Assembly (NCBI GenBank): GCA_040386535.1
Contig: JAZKFH010000039.1
Span: 32,001-96,000, forward strand
Reading direction: 5' to 3'
DNA from: Myxococcota bacterium
Lineage (GTDB): Bacteria > Myxococcota_A > UBA796 > SXON01
DNA: 64,000 nucleotides
The notes beneath the pieces were generated by a model, which was given only the letters and a program-made list of their open reading frames with translations, did no database searches and was not told where the DNA came from. A program made the translations under genes and the position numbers. Of this stretch, positions 36,382 through 45,818 are shown one piece after another (position 1 is the first letter of the stretch; the number at the start of each line of letters is the position of its first letter).

Positions 36382-39300
36382 CTAGCGCCGGCCGACGGCC
36401 GACTCGGCCGCGGCGCTGGTCAGGGCGTCCTTCTGGGCCGAGGTGATCGTTCCCGCCCGCACGAGCGCGTTGGCCCCTTGGGTGACACAGCTCACGTAGG
36501 CGCCGTGGTTGCGCCAGGTGGCCGTGGGCGAGCAGGTCTGGGCCACCGAGCAGCCCGTGCTCAGCGCGGGGGTGCCGACCGGCGTGCCCGTGCAGGAGTC
36601 GCTGCCATTGGCCACTCCGTCTCCGTCACTGTCCGCGTCGCACGCGTCTCCCTGGCCGTCGCCATCGGTGTCGAGCTGCGCGGCGTTCGCCACCAGCGGG
36701 CAGTTGTCGGTGTCGTCGATCACGCGGTCGGCGTCACTGTCCTGCTCGCAGACGTTGCCGATGCTGTCCCCATCGGCATCGGCCTGGTCGCTGTTCGCCA
36801 CGCCTTCGCAGTTGTCATCGGACTCGCACAGCCCGTCGTTGTCCCCGTCGTTCTGCAGGTCCAGCGGACACGAGTCCTGGCAGTCGGGCAGGCCGTCGCC
36901 ATCGGTGTCGAGGAGGTCGTCCTCGCCCTGGCAGATGTCCTCGCTGTCGCAGGAGCCGTCCAGGTCGCTGTCATCGCCGGCATCGACGGGGCAGGGGTCG
37001 TCCAGGCCACAGACGCTGTCCATGTCCACGTCGTTGGTGGGGTCGAGGGGACACACGGTGTCGCAGGCGCTGGGGATGCCGTCCGCGTCGGGGTCGATGG
37101 TGTCATCTCCCAGGCAGACGTCCAGATCCCCGCAGACGTCGTCATTGTCGATGTCGTTCTCGGCATCGGCAGGGCAGGCATCGCAGTCATCCGCGTAGCC
37201 ATCCCCATCCGTGTCCACGAGATCATCGCCATCGAAGCAGAGGTCGTCGGTGTCGCAGACGCTGTCGCCGTCCTCATCGTCGGCGCCGAGGGGGTCCAGG
37301 GGGCACAGGTCCTCGGTGGTGCAGAGATCGTCGCTGTCCTGGTCGTTCAGCGGGTCTCCGAGGCAGGCATCGCAGGCATCGGGCACCGCGTCGCCGTCCT
37401 CGTCCACCAGGTCGCTGCCGAGCGGGCAGACATCCACGTCGTCCGGGACGCCGTCGAGGTCGGTGTCGTCCAGGCAGCCGTCGCCGTTGGCGTCGTAGAG
37501 GCCCGGGTCCTCGTCGTCGCAGCCGTCACTGTCGTCGCTGACGCCGTCGTTGTCGTCGTCCGCGTCGCAGGCATCGCCGTCGCCGTCGCCGTCGGTGTCC
37601 GCCTGGTCCGCGTTGGCGAGGAGGGCGCAGTTGTCGGAGGCGTCCGCCACCTCGTCGCCGTCGTCGTCGGTGTCCGTGGTGTCGCCGGTGCCGTCGCCAT
37701 CGCTGTCGGCCGACTCCGAGGGGTCGAAGGGGAAGGCGTCGAACGTGTCGAGCACGCCGTCGTCGTCGTCGTCGTCGTCACACGCATTTCCGAGGGCGTC
37801 GCCGTCGGTATCGGCCTGGTCAGCGTTGTAGACATCCTCGCAGTTGTCGTCCGACTCGCACGCGCCGTCGGCGTCGGCGTCGTTCTCGAAGTCGTCGGGG
37901 CAGATGTCGCAGGCATCCCCGTAGGCGTCGGGGCCGTCCGGGATGCCGTCGTCGTCGGCGTCGGTGCCATCCGGAAAACCGATGCAGAGGTCCGCGCCGT
38001 CGTCCACCCCGTCGCCGTCCCAGTCGGTGTCGCAGAGGTCACCCTCGTCGTCACCGTCGAAGTCGTCCTGGTCCTCGTTCCAGGTGGTGGGGCAGTTGTC
38101 CTCGGATGCGCAGAGGCCGTCCTCGTCGCCGTCGTTGAGGGTGTCGTCGGGACAGTCGTCGCAAGCGGAGGGGACACCGTCGCGGTCCGGATCGACGCGG
38201 TCGTTCCCGAACCGGCAGATGTCGGTGCTGTCCGGGACGCCGTCGCCGTCGCCGTCCGCGTACTCGGGCGCGATCTTGACGACCCAGTAGTCGTTGTGAC
38301 CGTAGCTGACGCTGGTCTTGGAGCCGCTCGGAGGACTGTTCGAGTGGCCGCCCATGACGTAGCCGCCGTCGCTCGTGATCTCGAGGCTGGAGATCGCCTC
38401 GTCTCCCGACCCGCCGAAGCTGCGGTCCCAGAGCTGGGTTCCGGTGGCGTCGATCTTCACCAGCCAGAAGTCGCCGGCGCCGTAGGGGAGGCTGGTCTTC
38501 GTGCCGGTGGCCCCCGAGTTGGAGAAGCCCCCGAGGACGTAGCCCCCGTCGGACGTCTGCCGAACCTCTTCGAGCACCTCCAGCTCGTTCCCACCGTAGC
38601 TGCGGTCCCAGACCCGGTTCCCGCTGGAGTTGAGCTTCACCACCCACATGTCGTAGGATCGGGTGGTGCTGGACTTGCCGGCACCCGGCCCGGAGATCGA
38701 GACGCCGCCGAGGATGTAGCCCCCATCGCTCGTCTGCTGGAGGCTGCGGAGCGAGTCCTCGGCGCTCCCACCGAAGCTGCGTTGCCAGAGCTCGTTTCCG
38801 CTCGCGTCGAGCTTCACCACCCAGTAGTCGTAGCCGCCGTAGTGGGCGGCGGTCTTGGAGCCACCCACACCCGAGGCCGACTGGCCCCCGAGGATGTAGC
38901 CGCCGTCGCTCGTCTGCTGGAGGCTGTTGAGCGTGTCCACGGCGGCTCCACCGAAGCTACGGTCCCAGAGCTGGTTCCCGCTTGCATCCAGCTTCACCAC
39001 CCAGTAGTCGTCGTTGCCATACTTGGCGCTGGTCTTGGAGCCACTCACAGCCGAGTTCGAGTAGCCGCCCAGGATGTAGCCGCCGTCGGTCGTCCGCTGA
39101 AGGGTGGTGAGATGATCGTCGCCGGTTCCACCGAAGCTTTTATCGCCGATCTTGGTTCCGCCGGAGTTGATCTCCACCAGCCAGAAGTCAAAGACGCCGT
39201 AGCTGGCGCTGGTCTTGGAGCCACTCACCCCGGAGCCCGAGCGACCGCCGAGCATGTAGCCGCCCGCGCTCGTCGGCTGGACGCTGAAGAGCGTGTCGTC

Positions 39301-39690
39301 CTGGTTTCCGCCGAAGCTGCGCTCCCAGAGCTCGCTTCCGTTGGCGTCGAGCCTCGAGATCCAGAAGTCGTAGTTGCCGGAGGAGGCGCTGGACTTGTTG
39401 CCGGCCACACCAGAGCCCGAGCGGCCGCCGAGGAGGTAGCCGCCGTCGCTCGTCTGCCCGAGGCTGAAGAGACCGTCGTCACCGGTTCCACCGGCGGAAA
39501 CCTGCCACTGTTGCTCCAATCCGGCGGCGAGGGCGGAGCCGCCGGCCACGAGCAGCGCCAGCACGCCCGCCCGCGCCAGTAGACCGGGCACCGAGCGCTT
39601 CGTATTGGGGGTCCCGAGGTCGACCTCAGGGAGGCGGGCTGGGCGCCCGCGGAGAGGGGAGCGAAGAGCGGAGCGGAGGAAGGGGCGCAT
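36382..39690 (-). CDS. Secreted protein: 7-repeat beta-propeller plus thrombospondin type 3 (Ca-binding) repeats
   Basis: Seven ~60-aa units (SFGG..D..TSDGGY.LGG...D.W..K); many DxDxDGxxDxxDNC repeats; C-terminal WRNHGAYVSCV domain; GGAG RBS. Confidence 0.85.
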   Translation of the reverse strand: MRPFLRSALRSPLRGRPARLPEVDLGTPNTKRSVPGLLARAGVLALLVAGGSALAAGLEQQWQVSAGGTGDDGLFSLGQTSDGGYLLGGRSGSGVAGNKSSASSGNYDFWISRLDANGSELWERSFGGNQDDTLFSVQPTSAGGYMLGGRSGSGVSGSKTSASYGVFDFWLVEINSGGTKIGDKSFGGTGDDHLTTLQRTTDGGYILGGYSNSAVSGSKTSAKYGNDDYWVVKLDASGNQLWDRSFGGAAVDTLNSLQQTSDGGYILGGQSASGVGGSKTAAHYGGYDYWVVKLDASGNELWQRSFGGSAEDSLRSLQQTSDGGYILGGVSISGPGAGKSSTTRSYDMWVVKLNSSGNRVWDRSYGGNELEVLEEVRQTSDGGYVLGGFSNSGATGTKTSLPYGAGDFWLVKIDATGTQLWDRSFGGSGDEAISSLEITSDGGYVMGGHSNSPPSGSKTSVSYGHNDYWVVKIAPEYADGDGDGVPDSTDICRFGNDRVDPDRDGVPSACDDCPDDTLNDGDEDGLCASEDNCPTTWNEDQDDFDGDDEGDLCDTDWDGDGVDDGADLCIGFPDGTDADDDGIPDGPDAYGDACDICPDDFENDADADGACESDDNCEDVYNADQADTDGDALGNACDDDDDDDGVLDTFDAFPFDPSESADSDGDGTGDTTDTDDDGDEVADASDNCALLANADQADTDGDGDGDACDADDDNDGVSDDSDGCDDEDPGLYDANGDGCLDDTDLDGVPDDVDVCPLGSDLVDEDGDAVPDACDACLGDPLNDQDSDDLCTTEDLCPLDPLGADDEDGDSVCDTDDLCFDGDDLVDTDGDGYADDCDACPADAENDIDNDDVCGDLDVCLGDDTIDPDADGIPSACDTVCPLDPTNDVDMDSVCGLDDPCPVDAGDDSDLDGSCDSEDICQGEDDLLDTDGDGLPDCQDSCPLDLQNDGDNDGLCESDDNCEGVANSDQADADGDSIGNVCEQDSDADRVIDDTDNCPLVANAAQLDTDGDGQGDACDADSDGDGVANGSDSCTGTPVGTPALSTGCSVAQTCSPTATWRNHGAYVSCVTQGANALVRAGTITSAQKDALTSAAAESAVGRR

Positions 39691-39851
39691 GAGGACTCCG
39701 TCGCCGACGTGGTCGGGAACGTTGGGGAGAGGGACAGCCGACGAGGGTGCGCCGGGCGCCGTCTCTCTCGCACATGTGGACCCGAACGGCTCTTGCAGTC
39801 CCTTGCAGCCACCGCCGCGATCTACGCAGCAGGCGTCCGCTCGACAGGCAG

Positions 39852-40994
39852 CTACGCCTTGAAGAGCCGCAGCTGGACGGCCTGCCCGCGGAACGCCGCG
39901 ACCTCCGCTCGCGCCCGTTCGGCGAGCGCGCGGTCGACATAGATGCGGCGCACCTCTACGTGGGGGTCCATGCGACGGAGCACGGGGGACGCCGCGAACA
40001 CGCTGCGCACGCGGCCGTCCGTGTCGAGGATGGGGATGTCGCCGCTCGGGCGGAACGTCACCATGCGCGCGGAGCTGTCCACCCGCGGCGCCGCGCCGAG
40101 CACCTCGCCGAGGCGCGCGGCGATGGCATCGGCCTCGGCGCGTTGGGTCGGGTCTGCGCTCACCTCGAGCTCCGCGACACAAGCCGGGATCCGCCGCTCC
40201 CAGATCGCCCGCGCCGCCGGGCGTGGATCGTGGCGCAACAACTCGAACGCTCGTCCGTCGTCCCAATCGAGGAAGCCCTCGGGATCGGTGGGCCAATCGG
40301 GGAGCACGTCCTCCAGGAGCAGATCGAGCACCCGGCGCGTGCGGTGGAAGTACACCTGCTGGAACATCGAGTAGCGCGCCAGGAGCAGGCCCTCGACCGC
40401 GTGGAGCCCGGCGCCCCGCACCGCGAGCCCGCCGTCCGGCGCGGGGACCACCGACTCCACGAGCCGCGGCAGGTCGTACTCGCCGTAGCGCACGCCGCAC
40501 ATGCGGGCGTCGCGGAGCAGGTAGTCCATGCGGTCGGCGTCGAGCTGGCCGGACACGAGGGTGGAGGCGACCGGATCGCCGGTGCCGGCGATGGTGGCTG
40601 CGACCGCGGCGGGATCGACGCCGTGCGCCGCGAGCACCTCCGCCACCTCGCCGGAGCGCACGAGGGCGAGGGTCATGTGTTCGTGCGGCACGCCGCGCTC
40701 GCCCGCGTGGGAGAAGGGCGGGTGGCCGAGATCGTGGAGCAACGCGCACACGCGCACCAGCGCGATGTCTCCCGACCAGCCGGCGCGCGCGAGCGAGGCG
40801 CCGAGCAGCCCGGCGACATGGCAGGCGCCGAGCGAGTGGACGAACCGGCTGTGCTCCGCGCCCGGGTAGACGAGGTGGGTGAGGCCGAGCTGCTTCACCC
40901 GGCGCAGGCGTTGGACGGCGCGCGTGCCGACCAACGCAGCCTCGACGGGGGACAGGTCGATGAAGCCATGGATCGGGTCGCGAACGCGGTGCAT
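39852..40994 (-). CDS. HD-domain phosphohydrolase (SAMHD1-like dNTP triphosphohydrolase family)
   Basis: DPIHG, QRLRRVKQLG, HSRFVHSLG, LLHDLGHPPFSH, DADRMDY, VYFH. Confidence 0.9.
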   Translation of the reverse strand: MHRVRDPIHGFIDLSPVEAALVGTRAVQRLRRVKQLGLTHLVYPGAEHSRFVHSLGACHVAGLLGASLARAGWSGDIALVRVCALLHDLGHPPFSHAGERGVPHEHMTLALVRSGEVAEVLAAHGVDPAAVAATIAGTGDPVASTLVSGQLDADRMDYLLRDARMCGVRYGEYDLPRLVESVVPAPDGGLAVRGAGLHAVEGLLLARYSMFQQVYFHRTRRVLDLLLEDVLPDWPTDPEGFLDWDDGRAFELLRHDPRPAARAIWERRIPACVAELEVSADPTQRAEADAIAARLGEVLGAAPRVDSSARMVTFRPSGDIPILDTDGRVRSVFAASPVLRRMDPHVEVRRIYVDRALAERARAEVAAFRGQAVQLRLFKA

Positions 40995-41058
40995 GGGCGG
41001 CCCCTTACCCGAGGACGTCGACGGATGGGTTAGCATGCGACCGCGAGGAGACGGATCG

Positions 41059-42174
41059 ATGCGGATCGGCCTATCAGCTCTGACTTCCCTGGCGGCGTTC
41101 GCGCTCGGGACGTTGTCCGTCGCCGCGCCGGTCGCCCACGCCCAGGATCCCGAGCCCAAGCGCATTGCGCTGGTCATCGGCCTGTCGAGCTACGCGCGCC
41201 TCCCGGCCGAGCTCGGCATCGACACCGCGCGCACCGACGCGGCGCGTGTCGCCGCCGCGTTGGAGCAGTCCGCCGGCTTCGACCAGGTGCGCCTCCTGAC
41301 CGACGCGAGCGCCACGCTGGAGAACGTCCAGTCCGTGCTCCGCGAGCAGGTCTCCAAGGAGGTCGACTATCGGGACCTCTTCTTGTTCTACTTCGTCGGG
41401 CACGGCGTCGGTGGGGATTTCGGCGAGCCTCGCCTGCTCTTCTACGACACCGATCCCGAGGCGCTCGAGGCCACCTCGCTCACGGCGATGGATCTCGGGG
41501 CCCAGCTCCAGAAGTGGATCCCGGCCAGCCGCTACATGGTCATCACGGACGCGGCGCACGAGGGCACGCTCAACGGGCTGGCCCTGCTCGGCCCCACCGG
41601 CAACGATTGGCCCGTGATCGGGCAGAAGAGCTTCATCCTGTCGAGCGCCGCGCCCCGGCAGGCGGTCCGCCCGGGCGTGTTCGCCAAGTCCTTCATCGAG
41701 GGCATGAGCGGGGACGCCGACAGCAACGGGGACAGCGTGGTCACCGGCTCCGAGCTCAACGGCTACCTCGTCCTGTCGGTCCCCAACGCGACGGGGGGCG
41801 CCCAGCTCCCGACCGTGCAGGGCAAGTATGACCCCAACCTCGAGCTCGCGGTGAAGCGGCGCGCGCCGGTCGTCGTCGCTGCCACCGCCGTCGCGGTCGT
41901 GGCGCCCGCCCCTGTCTCCGACATCCGCGTCGACAAGGCCAAGTTCGTCTTCAGCGGCGGCAACACGTCGCGCGTGCAATGTGTGCAGGTGGCGTCGCCG
42001 GCGGCGTGTGAGCCCTCCTGCTACGTGTGGGACGTTCCCGCCGGGCCGTGCAAGGTGTCGATGACGGTCGACGGGAAGGAGCTCACCGGCGAGGTCGACG
42101 TTCTGTACCGCGGCGCCTACACCTGCGGCGTGTTCCGGGACGCGCTCCAATGCTCGAGCCCGCCGCCGCCCTAG
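41059..42174 (+). CDS. Secreted caspase-family (C14) domain protein with catalytic Cys replaced
   Basis: RIALVIG, FYFVGHG, ITDAAH in place of DAC, GDADSNGD; signal peptide AHA. Confidence 0.85.
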   Translation: MRIGLSALTSLAAFALGTLSVAAPVAHAQDPEPKRIALVIGLSSYARLPAELGIDTARTDAARVAAALEQSAGFDQVRLLTDASATLENVQSVLREQVSKEVDYRDLFLFYFVGHGVGGDFGEPRLLFYDTDPEALEATSLTAMDLGAQLQKWIPASRYMVITDAAHEGTLNGLALLGPTGNDWPVIGQKSFILSSAAPRQAVRPGVFAKSFIEGMSGDADSNGDSVVTGSELNGYLVLSVPNATGGAQLPTVQGKYDPNLELAVKRRAPVVVAATAVAVVAPAPVSDIRVDKAKFVFSGGNTSRVQCVQVASPAACEPSCYVWDVPAGPCKVSMTVDGKELTGEVDVLYRGAYTCGVFRDALQCSSPPPP

Positions 42175-42196
42175 GTCGTTCGGACGAGGTGTTTCT

Positions 42197-42297
42197 GGCG
42201 AGCCTTGCCGCGCTGGTGCCGGCCCCGGTCTTCAAAACCGGTCGGGGCGCCTCGAGAGGGGTTGCTCGGTGGGTTCGATTCCCATGGCTCGCCGCCA
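42197..42297 (+). tRNA. selC: tRNA-Sec (anticodon UCA)
   Basis: 8-bp acceptor stem GGCGAGCC/GGCTCGCC, G discriminator plus CCA, D-loop TGGT, anticodon arm CCGGT-CTTCAAA-ACCGG, long variable arm, 5-bp T stem with TTCGATT loop. Confidence 0.93.
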
Positions 42298-42303
42298 CTT
42301 CCT

Positions 42304-42630
42304 TCACCGCCCACCCGCCGCCGCGTACCGGCGCGCCTGCCACCGCCACAACCGGGCGGCGGTCTCCCGCGCGGCGAGGTCACGCACCCGGTTCGCGGCC
42401 TGGGCGATGATCTCGGGGCCCCGCCGGACGACGAAGCGCACCTCGGGCGTGCCCGTCAGGACTTCGACGGTCAAGGTCTCCTGGGTCCGGTGGCACAAGC
42501 TGGCGACGAGGACCCGGAGGTGTGCGTCCGGGTCGTAGCCGTTCGAGCTCCAGCTCATCCAATGCGCCTCGACCTCGGCCGCGGTGGCACAAGCGTGTCC
42601 CTCCTCGGCACGTGGAGCGTCGCAGTACAT
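42304..42630 (-). CDS. Hypothetical protein
   Basis: Open frame of about 108 aa with plausible composition; no recognised motif. Confidence 0.35.
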   Translation of the reverse strand: MYCDAPRAEEGHACATAAEVEAHWMSWSSNGYDPDAHLRVLVASLCHRTQETLTVEVLTGTPEVRFVVRRGPEIIAQAANRVRDLAARETAARLWRWQARRYAAAGGR

Positions 42631-42949
42631 ACATCCGGGGCGGGAACCGTACTGATGCGGAACCATGTCGCGTGGGGTCCCTCGGGGGCGGCGGGAAGGT
42701 GCGAGCCGGGGACGCGATTTCCTATCCAGACAGATAATCCGCCGGTCGCCAGCGTTATCGCTCTGAAAGCATGGTGACGTGCTGCCGACATTCTGAACAT
42801 TCGCTGACTTGCTTGCGGGTGATCGGCAGGTTGGACCGGGCGCCCACACCCGCCCGCCTTGGGTGTGCCCGGCGCCGTTGGGCGCGATGGCGAACCATCC
42901 CTTCCCTTTCTCCGGGGCGTCGTGTGGCTAGGAGAAGACAGGAGGTGTG

Positions 42950-43930
42950 GTGACCGACAAGCCGACGGTACTGCTCGTCGAGGACAACGACGACGACCTC
43001 GCGTTGGCCACCATGGCGCTCACCAAGAGTGGTTGGCCGCACATCCTCCGTCCCCTGCGGGACGGCGCGGAGGTGGTGGAGTACCTCTACAACGCCAACG
43101 AGCGGATGCCTCCGTCGGTCGTCCTCCTGGACCTGAAGCTCCCCCGGCTCGACGGCAAGACGGTCCTGCGCGAGATCCGGGGCAACCCGCGCACCACGCG
43201 CGTGCCGGTGGTGGTGCTCACGTCCTCGCGCCTCGAGCAGGACGTGATCGACGCGTACGTCCTCGGCGCGAACTCCTACCTGCGCAAGGAGCTCGACTTC
43301 ACCCGGTTCAAGAGCTCCATCCAGATCTTCATGGCCTATTGGCTCGGGTTGAACATCCCGCCTCCTGGTTTGGGAGGCGTCGGGCCACAACCCCACCTTC
43401 TGACGCAGTTGGCGGACGGCCACGCCTTCGATGACGTGCTGCCTCGGCGAACGGCTGACACGGCCGCCCTCGAGGTGATCGTGGTCGACGCGGACAAGAA
43501 GGACGGCCAGACGACGCTGGACGGCATCGAGTCGTCGAAGGTGCGGAACCCACGGCGGTGGATCCAGAGCTTTCAGGAGATGGTCGACTTCCTGCGCCCG
43601 GCGGGCGGGCCTCCCCCGCTGCTCCAACCCCACTTTCCTCGCCTGTTCATCATCGACGTCGACCTGCAGGACGGCGACGGCCGAGACGTATTGCAGGCGC
43701 TCCGCTATCGGGCCGACCACCACGCGCTCATCGTGATGTTCACCCGCAACAAGGATCCCAACTTCATCAGCGAGTGCTACCGCGTGAAGGTCAGCAGCGT
43801 GGTCTCCAAGCCCGACTCCAAGGAGGAGTACCTGAGCGCGGTGCGCCTCATCGCCAACTATTGGATCCACCTGAACGAGCCGCCGCCCGACCCCTCTTGG
43901 AGCAAGCGGGCCCTGGCCCATCCGGGGTAG
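42950..43930 (+). CDS. Tandem receiver-domain (REC-REC) response regulator, first domain Rcp1-like
   Basis: LLVEDNDDD/LLDLKLP/VVLTSS/GANSYLRK and VVDAD/IIDVDL/MFT/SKP; GGAGG RBS. Confidence 0.85.
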   Translation: MTDKPTVLLVEDNDDDLALATMALTKSGWPHILRPLRDGAEVVEYLYNANERMPPSVVLLDLKLPRLDGKTVLREIRGNPRTTRVPVVVLTSSRLEQDVIDAYVLGANSYLRKELDFTRFKSSIQIFMAYWLGLNIPPPGLGGVGPQPHLLTQLADGHAFDDVLPRRTADTAALEVIVVDADKKDGQTTLDGIESSKVRNPRRWIQSFQEMVDFLRPAGGPPPLLQPHFPRLFIIDVDLQDGDGRDVLQALRYRADHHALIVMFTRNKDPNFISECYRVKVSSVVSKPDSKEEYLSAVRLIANYWIHLNEPPPDPSWSKRALAHPG

Positions 43931-43977
43931 TGCCATCCGGTGTAGTGCCATCCGGTGTAGTGCCGTCCGGTGTAGTG
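43916..43977 (+). repeat. 15-bp tandem repeat, 4 copies (TGCCATCCGGTGTAG)
   Basis: Units at 43916, 43931, 43946 and 43961; middle two identical. Confidence 0.9.
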
Positions 43978-44022
43978 GGAGTGGACGCTCCGCGATCGCT
44001 CGGATCGCGGAGCGTCGTCCGA

Positions 44023-44352
44023 CTACTCCGCGTCTTCCTTCTGGCGCTCCGCCGCGTGGCTGCCCCCCCGCTGGGCGGCGGCGGCCGCTGCGCGCGCGCG
44101 CCCGCTGGCCTGTCCCCCCTTGCGGCCGGCCTCCCGCGCCTCTTCGGGCGTGAATTCGTGGGCCGTGCCCTTCTCGTGGGCCGCCTTGCCCCCCTTCCGC
44201 CCGGCCTCGCGCGCCTCGTCCGGCGTGAACTCGTGCGCCGTGCCTTTCTCGTGGGAGGCCTTGCCTCCCTTGCTCGCGATCTCCTTCTGCTTCGCCGGAT
44301 CCATGCCCGCGAAGCCACGGCCGCCGCGGCTGCTTTCCTTCTCTTGTGGCAT
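44023..44352 (-). CDS. KGG-repeat general stress protein (YciG/Con-10-like)
   Basis: RGFAGMDPAKQKEIASKGG and two HEFTP.EAREAGRKGG repeats; GGAGG RBS. Confidence 0.9.
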   Translation of the reverse strand: MPQEKESSRGGRGFAGMDPAKQKEIASKGGKASHEKGTAHEFTPDEAREAGRKGGKAAHEKGTAHEFTPEEAREAGRKGGQASGRARAAAAAAQRGGSHAAERQKEDAE

Positions 44353-44583
44353 GATACGCCCCCTCCCTTGTGTCTCGCCCGACCCCAGTGATCGGGAACC
44401 CTGCTGGTTGGCAAGGTAGTGACACGAACGAGGCGGTCAACGCCGGGCGGACCTCGGCCCTACGCAAGGCCGTGATCGTGACAGACACAAACCAGAAATC
44501 CGAGCTCTTCGCGAGATCCAAACCCGAGGATGGGCCTGGCTGTCAGCAGCTGTAACCGAGTGTCCGCCGCGAAATGGCCCCGA

Positions 44584-45390
44584 TCAGAACAGGAAACCCG
44601 CGCGCAGCCGGCCCGTGTAGAGGTAGCCCGGCGCGGTGTAGAACTCCGCCGCGACATCGAGCCGACCGATGCGCGCCTGCGCGCCGAGCGAGCCGGCGAA
44701 GCCGGCGTAGGGGGAGAGGTTGTTGCTCACCACGCCGTCGTCCCCGATGTAGAAGAACGTGGACGCGTCGGTGAAGCCGGCGGAGAGGTAGGGAGTGAAC
44801 ACACCCAGCTTCCAACCGAACATCCCGTCGACCCCGAAGGTGGAGCCACTGTAGAAGTCGAGCACGGCGTCGGCCGAAGGGTCGAACGGCGTGGCGATCT
44901 CGGCGATCGACTTCATCAGCGTGTAGTGGTAGCGCAGGCCGAATTCGGGGCCGGTCTCGAGTGGGAGGGCCACGCCCACCTCTCCCGAGGCGATGACGTT
45001 GCGGGTCCCGAACACGGTGACGGGCGGCACGTAGGCCGCGCCCGCGTAGAACACGAACGGGCCGAGCTTCGGGAAGGCGAACAACGCGCGGGGGCGTGGC
45101 ACCACGGGCGCCTTGTTGGTGTCCTCGGTCTTGCTGCGGGCGAGCACGAGCCGGCGGTCACACGACAGCGGCGGGATCACCGCCAGCTCGAGCCCGATGC
45201 TGCCGTGGCCGGGCTCGGCGGGGAGGGGGCCGTGCAGCGGCGAGAGCGTGGTGACCAGCGCGAAATAGTTGAGCAGGTGGTCCTGCTGGTGTTGGTCATC
45301 TACGTACCAATCGGGCGCGGGCCCGTCTGCCACGGCCTGGCATTCCGGATCGATCGAGGCGAAGGCGACCGAGGCGAGGAGCATGATCAT
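44584..45390 (-). CDS. Probable outer-membrane beta-barrel protein
   Basis: Signal peptide (AFA), amphipathic strands, C-terminal GFLF. Confidence 0.6.
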   Translation of the reverse strand: MIMLLASVAFASIDPECQAVADGPAPDWYVDDQHQQDHLLNYFALVTTLSPLHGPLPAEPGHGSIGLELAVIPPLSCDRRLVLARSKTEDTNKAPVVPRPRALFAFPKLGPFVFYAGAAYVPPVTVFGTRNVIASGEVGVALPLETGPEFGLRYHYTLMKSIAEIATPFDPSADAVLDFYSGSTFGVDGMFGWKLGVFTPYLSAGFTDASTFFYIGDDGVVSNNLSPYAGFAGSLGAQARIGRLDVAAEFYTAPGYLYTGRLRAGFLF

Positions 45391-45818
45391 CGGGGGCCTC
45401 CGGATTGGTCGGGAAGGGAGCGCGCGGCTGTGTCTTCGTCACACGGGGCGCCGGCGTCGATCCAGGCGGCCACGGTCGCCACACTCGCGGCGGGCAGGGC
45501 GGCGCCGAAAGGCATGACCCCGCCGTAGGTGCCCGTGTCCGCCATCTTGTGCCACAGGACACTGCCGGCGGAGTCCCCGGGTGCCACGAGGACGGCGGTG
45601 TAGGTGGAGGAGGTCACGTCGACCATGGCGGCACACGGGTCGGTGACGAGGTCGAGGCCACCGCTCGGCGAGGTGGCGCCGTGGCAACTGACACAGCCCC
45701 CGTCGAACACCGCGACCACGTCGGTGTACCCGTCTCCCACGATGGCTTCCCCGTTGTGGGCGGCCGGGAAGATGTCGTCGTCACACGCGAGCAGGGCCAC
45801 GAGGAGGAGGGGTGTCAC
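45387..45818 (-). CDS. Monoheme c-type cytochrome-like lipoprotein
   Basis: Lipobox LLAC, CVSCH, GGLDL, PGDSAGS, VMP, WIDAGA. Confidence 0.75.
   Translation of the reverse strand: MTPLLLVALLACDDDIFPAAHNGEAIVGDGYTDVVAVFDGGCVSCHGATSPSGGLDLVTDPCAAMVDVTSSTYTAVLVAPGDSAGSVLWHKMADTGTYGGVMPFGAALPAASVATVAAWIDAGAPCDEDTAARSLPDQSGGPR

Noticed and set aside
39852..42174. HD dNTPase plus caspase as an antiphage system
   Set aside because: Genes are divergent, the caspase is secreted and lacks its Cys, and there is no defence-island context
43916..43977. Possible CRISPR array
   Set aside because: Repeats are contiguous with no spacers, and no cas genes are present
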